Assembly: GCA_964416445.1 (NCBI GenBank)
Contig: CAYQEE010000004.1
Coordinates: 47,868 to 111,867, forward strand
DNA: 64,000 bases
Direction: 5' to 3'
From: an uncultured Gammaproteobacteria bacterium
GTDB taxonomy: Bacteria; Patescibacteriota; Microgenomatia; Levybacterales; UBA12049
Numbering within the stretch: the stretch's first letter is position 1; every line of letters begins with the position of its first letter. Below are positions 19,643 to 29,141 of the stretch, one piece after another. The translations under genes were made by a program, and so were the position numbers. A model generated the notes under the pieces. It was not told the DNA's origin and did no database searches. It was given only the letters and a program-made list of their open reading frames with translations.

Positions 19643-20890
19643 ATGAAAGCAGAAACACAATTTCGATTAAGAACAGTTATTATTGGTGGAGGAATTAGTA
19701 GTTTAGGAATTCCTATTGCTGCCGATCGCCATCAGCAGCTTACTCCACTGCTGGAAAATGGATTAGTTATCATTAATCCTACCTATCAACTTGGGTTAGG
19801 TGGACTTAATAATGTTCGAATTAATTCTAATTCCGGTGGAAATGATTTTCCTGAACATGTAGCTTCTGATGGCGTTTATCAGGACGTCATGCAAAATCAG
19901 CATACACGAAGGCTTCAAAGCCGTGGAAACGATCCAGTACCACTTCCCTGGGTCGTTGCATTCACGAAAGATCTTGGCAAAACAACTGGAGCAGTATTAG
20001 AAAGTCACCCAAATGAGCATACAGGAGTAAAACAAGCAAAAGTAGAAAAAGTAATTTTTGATAGGAAAGCGCAAACGTATAAGGCATTTTCACATGAAGG
20101 TTTTATAAGTGAAGGTGAGAATCTAGTATTCGCAACAGGAGGGAAAGAGACTCTCCACAATGAACTTAATGAATATGCTAACAAGGTCATCTTTTCTGGT
20201 ACGATCTTACAAGGCGACCTAACAAAAACTGAACTATTACTCAAACAAAATCCCAAAGCACCAATTACTATCATTGGTGCTTCGCATAGCGCCTTTGCCA
20301 TGCTTAAAGAATTAGTAACATATACTGATGCTAAAGACAGATCAATTGTTATGATATACAACTATAATCCACCTACCGCATATTTTAAAAATCTCGAAGA
20401 ATATGACGCATTCATTAGAGAAGCTCAAGAAAAGAAAGCACAATTCTACCCTGCCATTCGCTCAGTTGATCCACAGAATAATAGTATTAATCGGTTTGAA
20501 GGAGTACGAAACGAGGCTAAAGATTTACTTAAACGGATTGTACTAGGAGAATTTCCCAATATTACTTTTCAGAAAGTCACTGAAGGGCTTTCTACTCTTC
20601 CACTCCTTAAGCAATCTGCGTTTATCGGACAAGCTACAGGACTTGCGAGCGAACGAATTCCAATTTATGATACTTTAGGCCAAGAAATAGGTCCCTATAC
20701 TTATAACGGACAGGTACTTGTAGATGATCAAGGAAGACTACTTGATCACCAAAAACAAGTTTTACACCAGGGATATGGAATAGGCATAGGTTATTCATTG
20801 AGACGAGGATCTATTGCTCTTGATGGAGTTAATTTCTACTATGGACAAATAGGTGACTTAGTACTTTCACAGTTACTTCCAGAAAGATGA
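19643..20890 (+). CDS. FAD/NAD(P)-binding oxidoreductase of unknown function
   Basis: VIIGGGISS (FAD Rossmann), VFATGG, second motif ITIIGASHSA, GQATG, GYGIGIG. Confidence 0.75.
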   Translation: MKAETQFRLRTVIIGGGISSLGIPIAADRHQQLTPLLENGLVIINPTYQLGLGGLNNVRINSNSGGNDFPEHVASDGVYQDVMQNQHTRRLQSRGNDPVPLPWVVAFTKDLGKTTGAVLESHPNEHTGVKQAKVEKVIFDRKAQTYKAFSHEGFISEGENLVFATGGKETLHNELNEYANKVIFSGTILQGDLTKTELLLKQNPKAPITIIGASHSAFAMLKELVTYTDAKDRSIVMIYNYNPPTAYFKNLEEYDAFIREAQEKKAQFYPAIRSVDPQNNSINRFEGVRNEAKDLLKRIVLGEFPNITFQKVTEGLSTLPLLKQSAFIGQATGLASERIPIYDTLGQEIGPYTYNGQVLVDDQGRLLDHQKQVLHQGYGIGIGYSLRRGSIALDGVNFYYGQIGDLVLSQLLPER

Positions 20891-20900
20891 TAAATACGTT

Positions 20901-21617
20901 ATGATACATAATATGTTTCAACATTATTTAAAAACAATTGGACTAAATAAACTTGCTAAGGAAGTAACCAATTATTCTTTAAATAACTTTGTAAATGAAG
21001 TATTCCAACAAAGTAAAAAAGAGTTTACTGATGCTGAACTTACTTCATTATATACATATGACATTCCAAAACTCTCCCCTGATGGTTCATGTAGCATTTT
21101 AGAAGAAAAAAACGACATCCCATATAATTTGGCGCATACTTTTGGATTAAGTGAAGATGTGACAAAACTAGCAAGTAATCCTCATACGTTACGATTATGG
21201 AGACTGCATCAAATTACACAGAAAGTTTATGACAAAACTCGTGTCGCGTGGTTTGGAATATACCGAAAAATAGAAAGCACGAAAGCTTCTTTTCTTGTTA
21301 AAGAATCGTATCTTGGTATATTCAGTAGACCAGAATTTCCACTTACCGAAATATTTGCCTTAAAAAGCAATAATTCAACCGTTGGTCTGCGTGGTAAAGC
21401 AATTGTTATCCAAGATATCGAGAATCATTCAGGTGCATATTATAAATGCGACGGAAAGGTACAAAGCGAATTCTGCACTCCCATTTTCAATAAGCGGAAT
21501 GATATTATTGGTATCCTCGATGCAGAAGCATTTCCTAAGAATTTTTTTGCTGATGAGCGACTCCTTGAAATTGCAAAGGTAGCATATGATTTAGGAGAAA
21601 TTAATTTAGGGATGTAG
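20901..21617 (+). CDS. GAF-domain protein, free methionine-R-sulfoxide reductase (fRMsr/MsrC)-like
   Basis: WFGIY, AIVIQDI, YYKCDGKVQSEFCTPI, IIGILDAE; N-terminal extension with GSCS. Confidence 0.7.
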   Translation: MIHNMFQHYLKTIGLNKLAKEVTNYSLNNFVNEVFQQSKKEFTDAELTSLYTYDIPKLSPDGSCSILEEKNDIPYNLAHTFGLSEDVTKLASNPHTLRLWRLHQITQKVYDKTRVAWFGIYRKIESTKASFLVKESYLGIFSRPEFPLTEIFALKSNNSTVGLRGKAIVIQDIENHSGAYYKCDGKVQSEFCTPIFNKRNDIIGILDAEAFPKNFFADERLLEIAKVAYDLGEINLGM

Positions 21618-21664
21618 ACAAATTTGGATACATAGTATAGTCTCAAGAGAGTATCTCTTTGTAT

Positions 21665-22498
21665 ATGGTTGATTCAGTCGATACAAATTTACCTGATGCT
21701 CATGAAATTGGGCATAGTAGCATAAAACATGAACAACATTCTGTTCATGAAACTCATCGAAGACATGATCATGTATCATCAAAGGATGCTATGCAGTCTC
21801 CTGAGACAACTGATGAAGCAGAAAAAATAGCATCAACCCGAGCACAACTTAACGCTCAGTTATCTGTTATCCATTCGGAACATCACAGAGAAACTCTTCA
21901 AAGAACATCCGTCGATGCATTAACAAAAATAAACGTCGCTGCCCATTTTTTAGTTCCTCCAAAAGGCAGTGTTATTGAGAATCCTGATATTTTATTACCA
22001 AAAGTATGGAAAGTTGCACATTCGATTGATACTCTAGTTCGTGCATACCCTCAACGAACACAGCAGCACGATAATGAAGGTCACTCTGCTGAAGTTATTA
22101 CTCTTCCTCACCAAGGTCTTTTAAGGAACAAAACAACTAAAATTATCAGTTATGATCATACACAAGGCCGCCTGATACGGATAGAAGAATACCTGGGGAA
22201 AGATAAGTTAATAAGTGTCGTTACTATGCCAGTTAATGCCAAAGATGCAGCAAATCTTATCAATGATGGTCAAATTTTTTCGAACCGTATCGGACCAAAC
22301 GAGAAGAGGAATGTTTTACAACCAGGAACACTGACTCAAACGGAAAATAGCCGTGATGGAAATTCAGCCCAAACTCAGGCATATGCCATGGAAGCAGTAA
22401 ACGCTCTTCAAGTTATTTCACGGTCATTTGAGAATACTCCTGTGGGAAAAGCCGCTCAAGTAAAAGCAGCTTCAGAAACATTAGTTCTTGCAGCTTAA
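21665..22498 (+). CDS. Hypothetical protein with His-rich N-terminus
   Basis: Long ORF; N-terminal HEIGHSSIKHEQHSVHETHRRHDH. Confidence 0.65.
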   Translation: MVDSVDTNLPDAHEIGHSSIKHEQHSVHETHRRHDHVSSKDAMQSPETTDEAEKIASTRAQLNAQLSVIHSEHHRETLQRTSVDALTKINVAAHFLVPPKGSVIENPDILLPKVWKVAHSIDTLVRAYPQRTQQHDNEGHSAEVITLPHQGLLRNKTTKIISYDHTQGRLIRIEEYLGKDKLISVVTMPVNAKDAANLINDGQIFSNRIGPNEKRNVLQPGTLTQTENSRDGNSAQTQAYAMEAVNALQVISRSFENTPVGKAAQVKAASETLVLAA

Positions 22499-22509
22499 AT
22501 TTAGAAGTG

Positions 22510-23610
22510 CTATTGGGCGATAGTCTCCCAGGGAAACCCCTCTCGTCCAAAATGTCCGTACACAGCTGAAGACAAATAAATTGGCCTTCTCAGTTTCAAT
22601 TTTGAAAGAATTCCTGCAACTGACGTATCTAATATTTTGTTTGCAAAATCATTTAAAGCTTTTTTACTTACTTTTTCTGTTCCAAAGGTTTCTACGGTTT
22701 GCATAAGCGGCTTATGTGCTCCAATAAAATAGGCTAAACCAACTTCCGCTTTACTTGCTAATTTATGGGCAACAATATTCTTTGCAATGTAACGAGCAGC
22801 ATATGCCCCTGAACGATCTACTTTTGTTGGATCTTTTCCGCTAAAAGCTCCTCCTCCTACTCTTGCAAAACCACCATACGTATCAACAACGATTTTTCTT
22901 CCGGTAATTCCAGAATCTGCTGAGGGACCACCATGATGCCAGACCCCCGTACCATTAATAATTACATTCTTTATGTTTATGGTAAAACCATGTTCTGCTA
23001 AGACAGGAGAAATTACCTCTTTATATAATCCATCTTTTACTTCTTTTAAAGAGACTGATTCTTTATGGGGAACAGCTAATACGACTGTTGTTACTTTGTA
23101 TGGTTTACCGTTTTTGTATTCAATAGTTACTTGACTCTTCCCATCTGGGCGAAGATATGGAAGGATCGCTTTTTCTCGTACTTCATCAATTTTTCTCGTT
23201 AGTTCATGGGCTAAGATAATAGGTAACGGCATAAACTGTTTTGTCTGTGTACATGCATATCCAAACATCATTCCTTGGTCACCTGCACCTTTATGATCAA
23301 CCCCTACTTGAATTTCTGGTGATTGTTCATGAATATAAATAGAAATTGGAGAATTATAAGAAAACCCCGATCTACTGTCCGTATAACCTAATCGTTTAAT
23401 TTGTTCTCGAGCAATTTTTTCAAAAGGAATTTTTGCATTAGCAGTAACTTCGCCAGCTAAAATAACATGGCCATGGGCAGCCATCGTTTCTACAGCAGTA
23501 TGCCCATTTGGATCTTGCGCAAGAACTGCATCGACAATAGCATCACTAATCTGATCACAAATTTTATCGGGATGACCTGCGCATACTGATTCAGATGTAA
23601 AAGTGTTCAT
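22510..23610 (-). CDS. metK: S-adenosylmethionine synthetase
   Basis: FTSESVCAGHPDK, GAGDQG, PDGKSQVT, GGGAFSGKDPTKVDRSGAY. Confidence 0.98.
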   Translation of the reverse strand: MNTFTSESVCAGHPDKICDQISDAIVDAVLAQDPNGHTAVETMAAHGHVILAGEVTANAKIPFEKIAREQIKRLGYTDSRSGFSYNSPISIYIHEQSPEIQVGVDHKGAGDQGMMFGYACTQTKQFMPLPIILAHELTRKIDEVREKAILPYLRPDGKSQVTIEYKNGKPYKVTTVVLAVPHKESVSLKEVKDGLYKEVISPVLAEHGFTINIKNVIINGTGVWHHGGPSADSGITGRKIVVDTYGGFARVGGGAFSGKDPTKVDRSGAYAARYIAKNIVAHKLASKAEVGLAYFIGAHKPLMQTVETFGTEKVSKKALNDFANKILDTSVAGILSKLKLRRPIYLSSAVYGHFGREGFPWETIAQ

Positions 23611-23740
23611 AAAAAAACTCCCCCAAATGGAAGAGTTATGGTTATTATCTTTCCACGTTGGGCTAGAAGAAGCACCATATGTTTTTACATTGGTTGCTGG
23701 CAGGTCATTGGGCTAGTTCCCTCGCTGCTCTCTAGATAAG
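23611..23740 (-). ncRNA. SAM-I (S-box) riboswitch 3 upstream of metK
   Basis: Minus strand UUAUCUAGAG-AGCAGCGAGGGAACUAGCCCAAUGACCUGCCAGCAACC...GGUGCU...AAAGAUAA, then terminator AACUCUUCC/GGGGGAGUU plus U-tract; TTGACA at 23783-23788. Confidence 0.95.
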
Positions 23741-23869
23741 TTAAGAATCTATTACGTATAACTTACAATATCTCCTCTTTCTTGTCAATAATATTTTGCA
23801 GCATAAGAAAACTACTGAAAAAGGTACTTGCAATTACACCATTACGGTATGGTACAATTTAAATCTTCT

Positions 23870-24157
23870 ATGACAAAAACACAACAAGTATTTCAAGATA
23901 TGATGGATTACAACCAAGAATTATTTGATAACTTTAGGAAGATTCATAGTGAGTATGAGAAGAATGGACAGAAAAATCAATATATCTTTAATGAAGAAGG
24001 CGAAAAAGTTCTACAAGTTATCCGAAAATATGAGAACATTCTTTGTTCTCATTCTGAAAGTGGTAAATATAGTAAATTTTCAACGAAACTTTCTGATACT
24101 TTTTGGCAGATGATTCGCAAGCAATTTCCCAAAATTGATTGTATTGGATTACAATAA
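23870..24157 (+). CDS. Small hypothetical protein
   Basis: ORF after TGG-TACAAT box; charged, helical composition. Confidence 0.7.
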   Translation: MTKTQQVFQDMMDYNQELFDNFRKIHSEYEKNGQKNQYIFNEEGEKVLQVIRKYENILCSHSESGKYSKFSTKLSDTFWQMIRKQFPKIDCIGLQ

Positions 24158-24192
24158 TCTATTCGAATTACTAAAATTCTTATTAAAGTATC

Positions 24193-24602
24193 TTAAGATG
24201 TACTTATTCCCTGTTCATTTAACCAAATAATAAATGATTCTGGTACATCCATTGTTGATAGACGACTTTGCTTAACGAGACGAAACTCCTGAAACCGATT
24301 GGATGCTTTAATCTTTTGTAAAGTTATGAATGGTTCAGAATATTTTCTTAAAAATTTAAAATCAACAAGCCAACTCTTTTTATCATCTGGATCAGGCCTG
24401 CTATTACCGATTACTTCAGCTAAACCAACTATCGCTGCTTGACCTTGCGAATGGTAAATAAACACTTTATCACCAGGTAACATCGTTTTTAAGAAAATTA
24501 ATGCTTGGGCATTATGGATACCGCCCAAGATATTTGTGTATCTTTTGCAAAATCATCAATTGAATATTCACTTGGATCTGTTTTTGCTAAATAAAATTTC
24601 AT
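24193..24602 (-). pseudogene. EVE domain protein with single-base frameshift near 24524
   Basis: MKFYLAKTDPSEYSIDD...SW (ATG 24602) continues as GIHNAQA...GDKVFIYHS...RLSTM in another frame; TGG GC GGT where W-D-G is expected. Confidence 0.75.
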
Positions 24603-24613
24603 TTTTCTATTTT

Positions 24614-25126
24614 ATGAAACCGTATGAAAAGTTACAAGTCTTAGATGCTCCCCTACTTTACAGAAAAGATGAAGTATCCTATTATCTAAACAAAGGAACT
24701 GTATATCTGTTAAAAAACGACTTTTTTACGTTAATTGTTGTTTTTATCCTCTTGATAGCTGGAGGAATTTTTTTGTACGGAAAAAATTTTAAGTCTTTTT
24801 TATCTAACAATGGGAAATTAGATGTAACTCCTACCCTCGCACCAAACGCAAAAACTGAACAAATAACTATTTCTGGTTCAAATTTTACTTTCGTTCCTAA
24901 CACAATCCAAGTTACTAAAGGAGATTTAATAAAGATAACTCTTTTGAATACAAGCGGCCTTCATAATTTAACCATTCCCGCTTTGCACGTAAGCACAAAA
25001 ACAATTCATGCAGGTCAGCAAGATACTGTGCAGTTTATTGCTGATAAAACTGGTTCGTATCCGTTCTACGATGGATATGGCCACCATAAAGAATTTGGAA
25101 TGATCGGAAAATTAATCGTTCAGTAG
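24614..25126 (+). CDS. Membrane-anchored cupredoxin domain protein (start uncertain)
   Basis: TM helix, then FTFVPNTIQV..GD, HNLTIP, FIADKTGSYPFY...H...GMIGKLIV; Asp at the usual copper-ligand Cys position. Confidence 0.75.
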   Translation: MKPYEKLQVLDAPLLYRKDEVSYYLNKGTVYLLKNDFFTLIVVFILLIAGGIFLYGKNFKSFLSNNGKLDVTPTLAPNAKTEQITISGSNFTFVPNTIQVTKGDLIKITLLNTSGLHNLTIPALHVSTKTIHAGQQDTVQFIADKTGSYPFYDGYGHHKEFGMIGKLIVQ

Positions 25127-25129
25127 CTA

Positions 25130-25480
25130 TTAGAATCCTACCGACTTATAGAGTGTATCAAAATTTGTCATTGCTGTTTGGACTTGGTTAATGAATGGAA
25201 TCGATACCCAAACTATAATTCCAAGTGATACTAATGTCAGTACCAATGCAACTATTCCGACTATTTTTACTTGCATGAGAGGGTATCTAATATATCGAAA
25301 CGTGTATATGAGCCCAAACGGTGGTACGAGAATACTCACGAAATAAATGTACATTTGTTTAATAATGCTTATTCCCAACAACAATTCTCTCAATGATTTA
25401 CCGCATTGAGGACAATAATGAAACATTAGATCAATTTGCATTCCACAAGCGGGACATTGAGGAGAAATGACATCATTCAT
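25130..25480 (-). CDS. Zinc-ribbon membrane protein
   Basis: CPACG...CPQCG followed by two TM helices. Confidence 0.8.
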   Translation of the reverse strand: MNDVISPQCPACGMQIDLMFHYCPQCGKSLRELLLGISIIKQMYIYFVSILVPPFGLIYTFRYIRYPLMQVKIVGIVALVLTLVSLGIIVWVSIPFINQVQTAMTNFDTLYKSVGF

Positions 25481-26855
25481 GTTTTTGTACCTGTACTATC
25501 TCTGCCCCATTCTTTGTATCGTTAATTACGTATCCTAAATCTTGTATTTTCTTCCTTAACTCATCGGCAGCAGAAAAATCTCCATTCTTTCTGAACAAAT
25601 CTCTTTGCGATACTAATGCAAGAATATTACTGGGGATCTGTAACTGTTTTTTATGAGATAACTGTAATCCTAATATCTTATCTATTTCAAGCAATGTTGC
25701 AGTTTTTTCTGATGGTTCTAAAGGTTCCTTTGCTAGTTCCCAGACAATTGCGAGTGCCTTTGCGGTGTTAAGATCATCACTCATTGCATCCATAAATCGA
25801 TTTACCCAGAAGAAGTTAGGTATTCCTCCTCTTTCTTGTACTATATGACCTCGTAATTTATCTAATGACTTCTGTGCTGCATCTAACGATGCCCAGGTAA
25901 AATTCATTTCTTGTCTATAGTGAGTCTGTAAATAAAGATATCGGAGCGATAACGGATCATAACCTTTTTTAATAACATCTTGCACGGTAATAAAATTTCC
26001 TAAACTTTTACTCATTTTTTCATTCTCAACAGTGAGAAAGTTATGATGAACCCAATAACGAACAAATTGTTTTCCAGTAGCTCCTTCTGACTGTGCAATT
26101 TCATTTGTATGATGAACCGCGATATGGTCAATTCCTCCTGTATGTATATCTAAAGTCTCCCCCAATGTATTCATAGCCATTGCGCTACATTCAATATGCC
26201 AACCAGGGAATCCTCTTCCCCAAGGACTATCCCATTCCATTTGTCTTTTTTCACCTGGACGAGAAAATTTCCAAAGTGCAAAGTCAGAAATGTTCCTCTT
26301 ATCTGCTATCAATTCTACCCGAGCACCAGCTAATAGTTCATCAGGATCTTGTCTGGATAAAGCAAAGTAGTTGGGAAATTTTGCAGTATCATAATATACT
26401 CCATCTGAGGTAATGTAAACAAACCCCTTCGATTCTAGTAACTGAATTAGACTAATTTGTTCTTTAATATAGTCCGTTGCATGCATGAGATCTTTTGGCA
26501 GCTGAACTTGTAATGATTCGCAGGATTCTCGAAACTGTTTCTCGAAAAATTTCGCTATTTCCCAAACGCTTTGATTAAATTTTTTTGCACCTTTTTCCAT
26601 TTTATCTTCCCCTGTGTCTGCATCCGATGTTAAATGCCCGACATCAGTGATATTCATAACATGTTGAACCACAAATCCACGCATTTTAAGAACTCGAATA
26701 AGAATGTCGTCACCAATATACCGACGCATATGGCCGATATGTTGAAAATCGTAAACAGTAGGCCCACATGAATATATTTTTACTTTCACATTTTTATCAT
26801 CTAATGGAATAAATTCGTCAATTTGTCTTGTTAAAGTATTAAAGAGTTTTACCAT
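25473..26855 (-). CDS. cysS: Cysteine--tRNA ligase
   Basis: CGPTVY, HIGH, NITDVGH, PGWHIECSAM, KMSKS. Confidence 0.98.
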   Translation of the reverse strand: MVKLFNTLTRQIDEFIPLDDKNVKVKIYSCGPTVYDFQHIGHMRRYIGDDILIRVLKMRGFVVQHVMNITDVGHLTSDADTGEDKMEKGAKKFNQSVWEIAKFFEKQFRESCESLQVQLPKDLMHATDYIKEQISLIQLLESKGFVYITSDGVYYDTAKFPNYFALSRQDPDELLAGARVELIADKRNISDFALWKFSRPGEKRQMEWDSPWGRGFPGWHIECSAMAMNTLGETLDIHTGGIDHIAVHHTNEIAQSEGATGKQFVRYWVHHNFLTVENEKMSKSLGNFITVQDVIKKGYDPLSLRYLYLQTHYRQEMNFTWASLDAAQKSLDKLRGHIVQERGGIPNFFWVNRFMDAMSDDLNTAKALAIVWELAKEPLEPSEKTATLLEIDKILGLQLSHKKQLQIPSNILALVSQRDLFRKNGDFSAADELRKKIQDLGYVINDTKNGAEIVQVQKHE

Positions 26856-26857
26856 AG

Positions 26858-27469
26858 TTATCCTTTCGAAGCCTTACCTTCATGTGACCCTTGTTTTGGT
26901 TTTAGTAAATTCATCAACGATGATTTAACCTTTTTTCCAAAACCTTTTTTTGGCCCCTGACTCATCATAATTGGTTCCATTTGTTGTTCCTCTTTTTGTT
27001 TTCTTGCTTCTTCCTCATCTTGTTCAATTTGTTGTCTTCGTTGTAGTTCTTCTTGTTTCTTCTGATCTTTTCCTTCAGCTTTATTAATAAATTCCTCAAA
27101 ATATATATTATGAAGTTTTTTTCTCAACATATCTATTTGTTGTTGATCGTTTTGTTTTTGTTGTTCATTAGCCAGGGCATTTTGCGTATTTTGAATTTGT
27201 GGTGGTACACCACTTTGATTCGTGGTTGTACTTTTTGCATTTTGTTCATTGAGATTACTAGTATCGAAATTTCCAATATTACTTATTGCCTCATTTGGAA
27301 CTGGAGTATTGGATGACTGTGAGTTTTGGTATGGTACATTTGCACCACCTAACTGATGTTTTATTTGTTGAGCCGCAGGAGATCCAAACTTTTTAATAAC
27401 CTGAGCCGTTTTTTTTACAGAGCTTATTCCTATTTCAGATAGCGATAATCCTGAAGAACCGTCAGCCAT
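26858..27469 (-). CDS. Hypothetical Q/N/E-rich protein
   Basis: 203-aa low-complexity/coiled-coil ORF ending 2 nt before the cysS start. Confidence 0.7.
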   Translation of the reverse strand: MADGSSGLSLSEIGISSVKKTAQVIKKFGSPAAQQIKHQLGGANVPYQNSQSSNTPVPNEAISNIGNFDTSNLNEQNAKSTTTNQSGVPPQIQNTQNALANEQQKQNDQQQIDMLRKKLHNIYFEEFINKAEGKDQKKQEELQRRQQIEQDEEEARKQKEEQQMEPIMMSQGPKKGFGKKVKSSLMNLLKPKQGSHEGKASKG

Positions 27470-27530
27470 AGTGAGGTTAGTGTAGCAAAGTTTCGAATCT
27501 GCTGCAAAGAACGAAAAACTTCCTTAAAAA

Positions 27531-29057
27531 TTAAAATGAAAGTAGGTCTGAATAGGAATTGATAGGCTTATCCTGTAATAATTTTTGGAAAACACCCAAA
27601 AAAGTAACATATTCTGCATTTGTCCAACCAAATCCACTTTTATCAGGATAGGTATGATTCCCTCCTCCTTCACCAGTAAGCCCGTTCCGTTTTTCAGGCA
27701 TAGTCTTGTATTTTTCAAAGAAAGAAGCTAGTGAAACTATGGCATTTTGCATAATTCTTTTAGCATGATTATAAAATCCATAATGGATTAGACCGAATAC
27801 ACTCATCATTTCTGTCGGAGACCAAATATTTGGCGCCGTCCACTGTCCGGGCATTAACATACAATTAATTGTTTCTAGATATCTCTCTGGAATACCAGCA
27901 GCAAGTAATTTTTCCTTCTCTAAAGTAGAGAACTTGGGCGGACATGAATCTAAGGCGGTTGTCATTAATCCATGTTCAGTCTCAAACCATGATAAGTTAT
28001 TAATCATTCGATCAGCCTGAGACTGTGTTGGAAGTTTACACCATAGAGTTTGAAATCCCGATAATGTTTTAAATTCATCTTTTTTTCCTCTTTTAACATC
28101 AAAATTAAAATAAAAACCTAATTCCTCATCCCAAAAGTATTTATTCATCTCCGAGATTCGAAGATCAATATGTTTTTGCCATGTTTCTGCCTCTCTTTTA
28201 TTTCCTAAAATTTCAGCAACTTCCTTAAAGTCTCTTTCGTATTTTAATAAAAAGCAATTTAAATCAATTGGTAGAAAATCAGCTGCTCGACCAGCAAATT
28301 CGGCAGTGGTATCTTTACCGCTTTCATATTCAGCTGGATAATGAGCACCAATATCTCGATCTCCCCAATTAGAGAGCGAGGTAAATTCAAATTTCCTATG
28401 ATTATAAGTATTTTTTTCATCCATACTGTCTCTATGTTTACTCATCCATACTGTTGAGTATTCTTTTTTCGCAATAGTTATATATTTCTTGAGCCATTTT
28501 TTGTTCTCCTGGATCACTAATTTATCAACAGCTTGCTTTTCAATTGAATGATAAATATCCATAATCATTGACGTTAATACAGGAGGTTGTGATCTATGAA
28601 GAAACCGAATGTCTGCTTGATTTGGGATTATATTATATTTCTGAAAAAGATACGAACAATTTTCCACAGCTCCAGTTGCTAAATATTCTCTTTCTGTTCC
28701 TATATGAGGCAATGCGGTAAACCAACTATCCCAATAAAAAAATCGAGCATGTAATCCTCCTTTAGCCATAGGCATTAAATACGGTGATGGTAATTTAATC
28801 GCGCCTGCTTTTTCATCACGCTCTGTAAATTGTTCCGGATGAACAATAAGCTCGCCCCAAAACCAGTCGATATATTGGCGAGTGTTTTCAATATTTCTAA
28901 TCATTTCAGGTTTCAAACCTTGGGTAAGAAAATACCGATATAATGAGCTATAAGGAGAGTTAGGTAGAATGACTAATTCGTGTTGATAAGGGTTGTTATA
29001 CGGTAATAATGTATTTGTTCCATTTGCAATTGGAGTAGATTGGGCAATACCTACCAT
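27531..29057 (-). CDS. Trehalase family glycoside hydrolase (GH37-like)
   Basis: FFYWDSWF, IPN...RSQPP, AEYESG.D, PIDLN, QWTAPNIW, MPEK, GFGWTN. Confidence 0.85.
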   Translation of the reverse strand: MVGIAQSTPIANGTNTLLPYNNPYQHELVILPNSPYSSLYRYFLTQGLKPEMIRNIENTRQYIDWFWGELIVHPEQFTERDEKAGAIKLPSPYLMPMAKGGLHARFFYWDSWFTALPHIGTEREYLATGAVENCSYLFQKYNIIPNQADIRFLHRSQPPVLTSMIMDIYHSIEKQAVDKLVIQENKKWLKKYITIAKKEYSTVWMSKHRDSMDEKNTYNHRKFEFTSLSNWGDRDIGAHYPAEYESGKDTTAEFAGRAADFLPIDLNCFLLKYERDFKEVAEILGNKREAETWQKHIDLRISEMNKYFWDEELGFYFNFDVKRGKKDEFKTLSGFQTLWCKLPTQSQADRMINNLSWFETEHGLMTTALDSCPPKFSTLEKEKLLAAGIPERYLETINCMLMPGQWTAPNIWSPTEMMSVFGLIHYGFYNHAKRIMQNAIVSLASFFEKYKTMPEKRNGLTGEGGGNHTYPDKSGFGWTNAEYVTFLGVFQKLLQDKPINSYSDLLSF

Positions 29058-29141
29058 AAGAAAAAATAAATTCTCACAAAAGTGAAAGTATTATTCAGCG
29101 TATCAATGTCGAAATAAAAATGCAAGCGATAAAAGTAGTAG

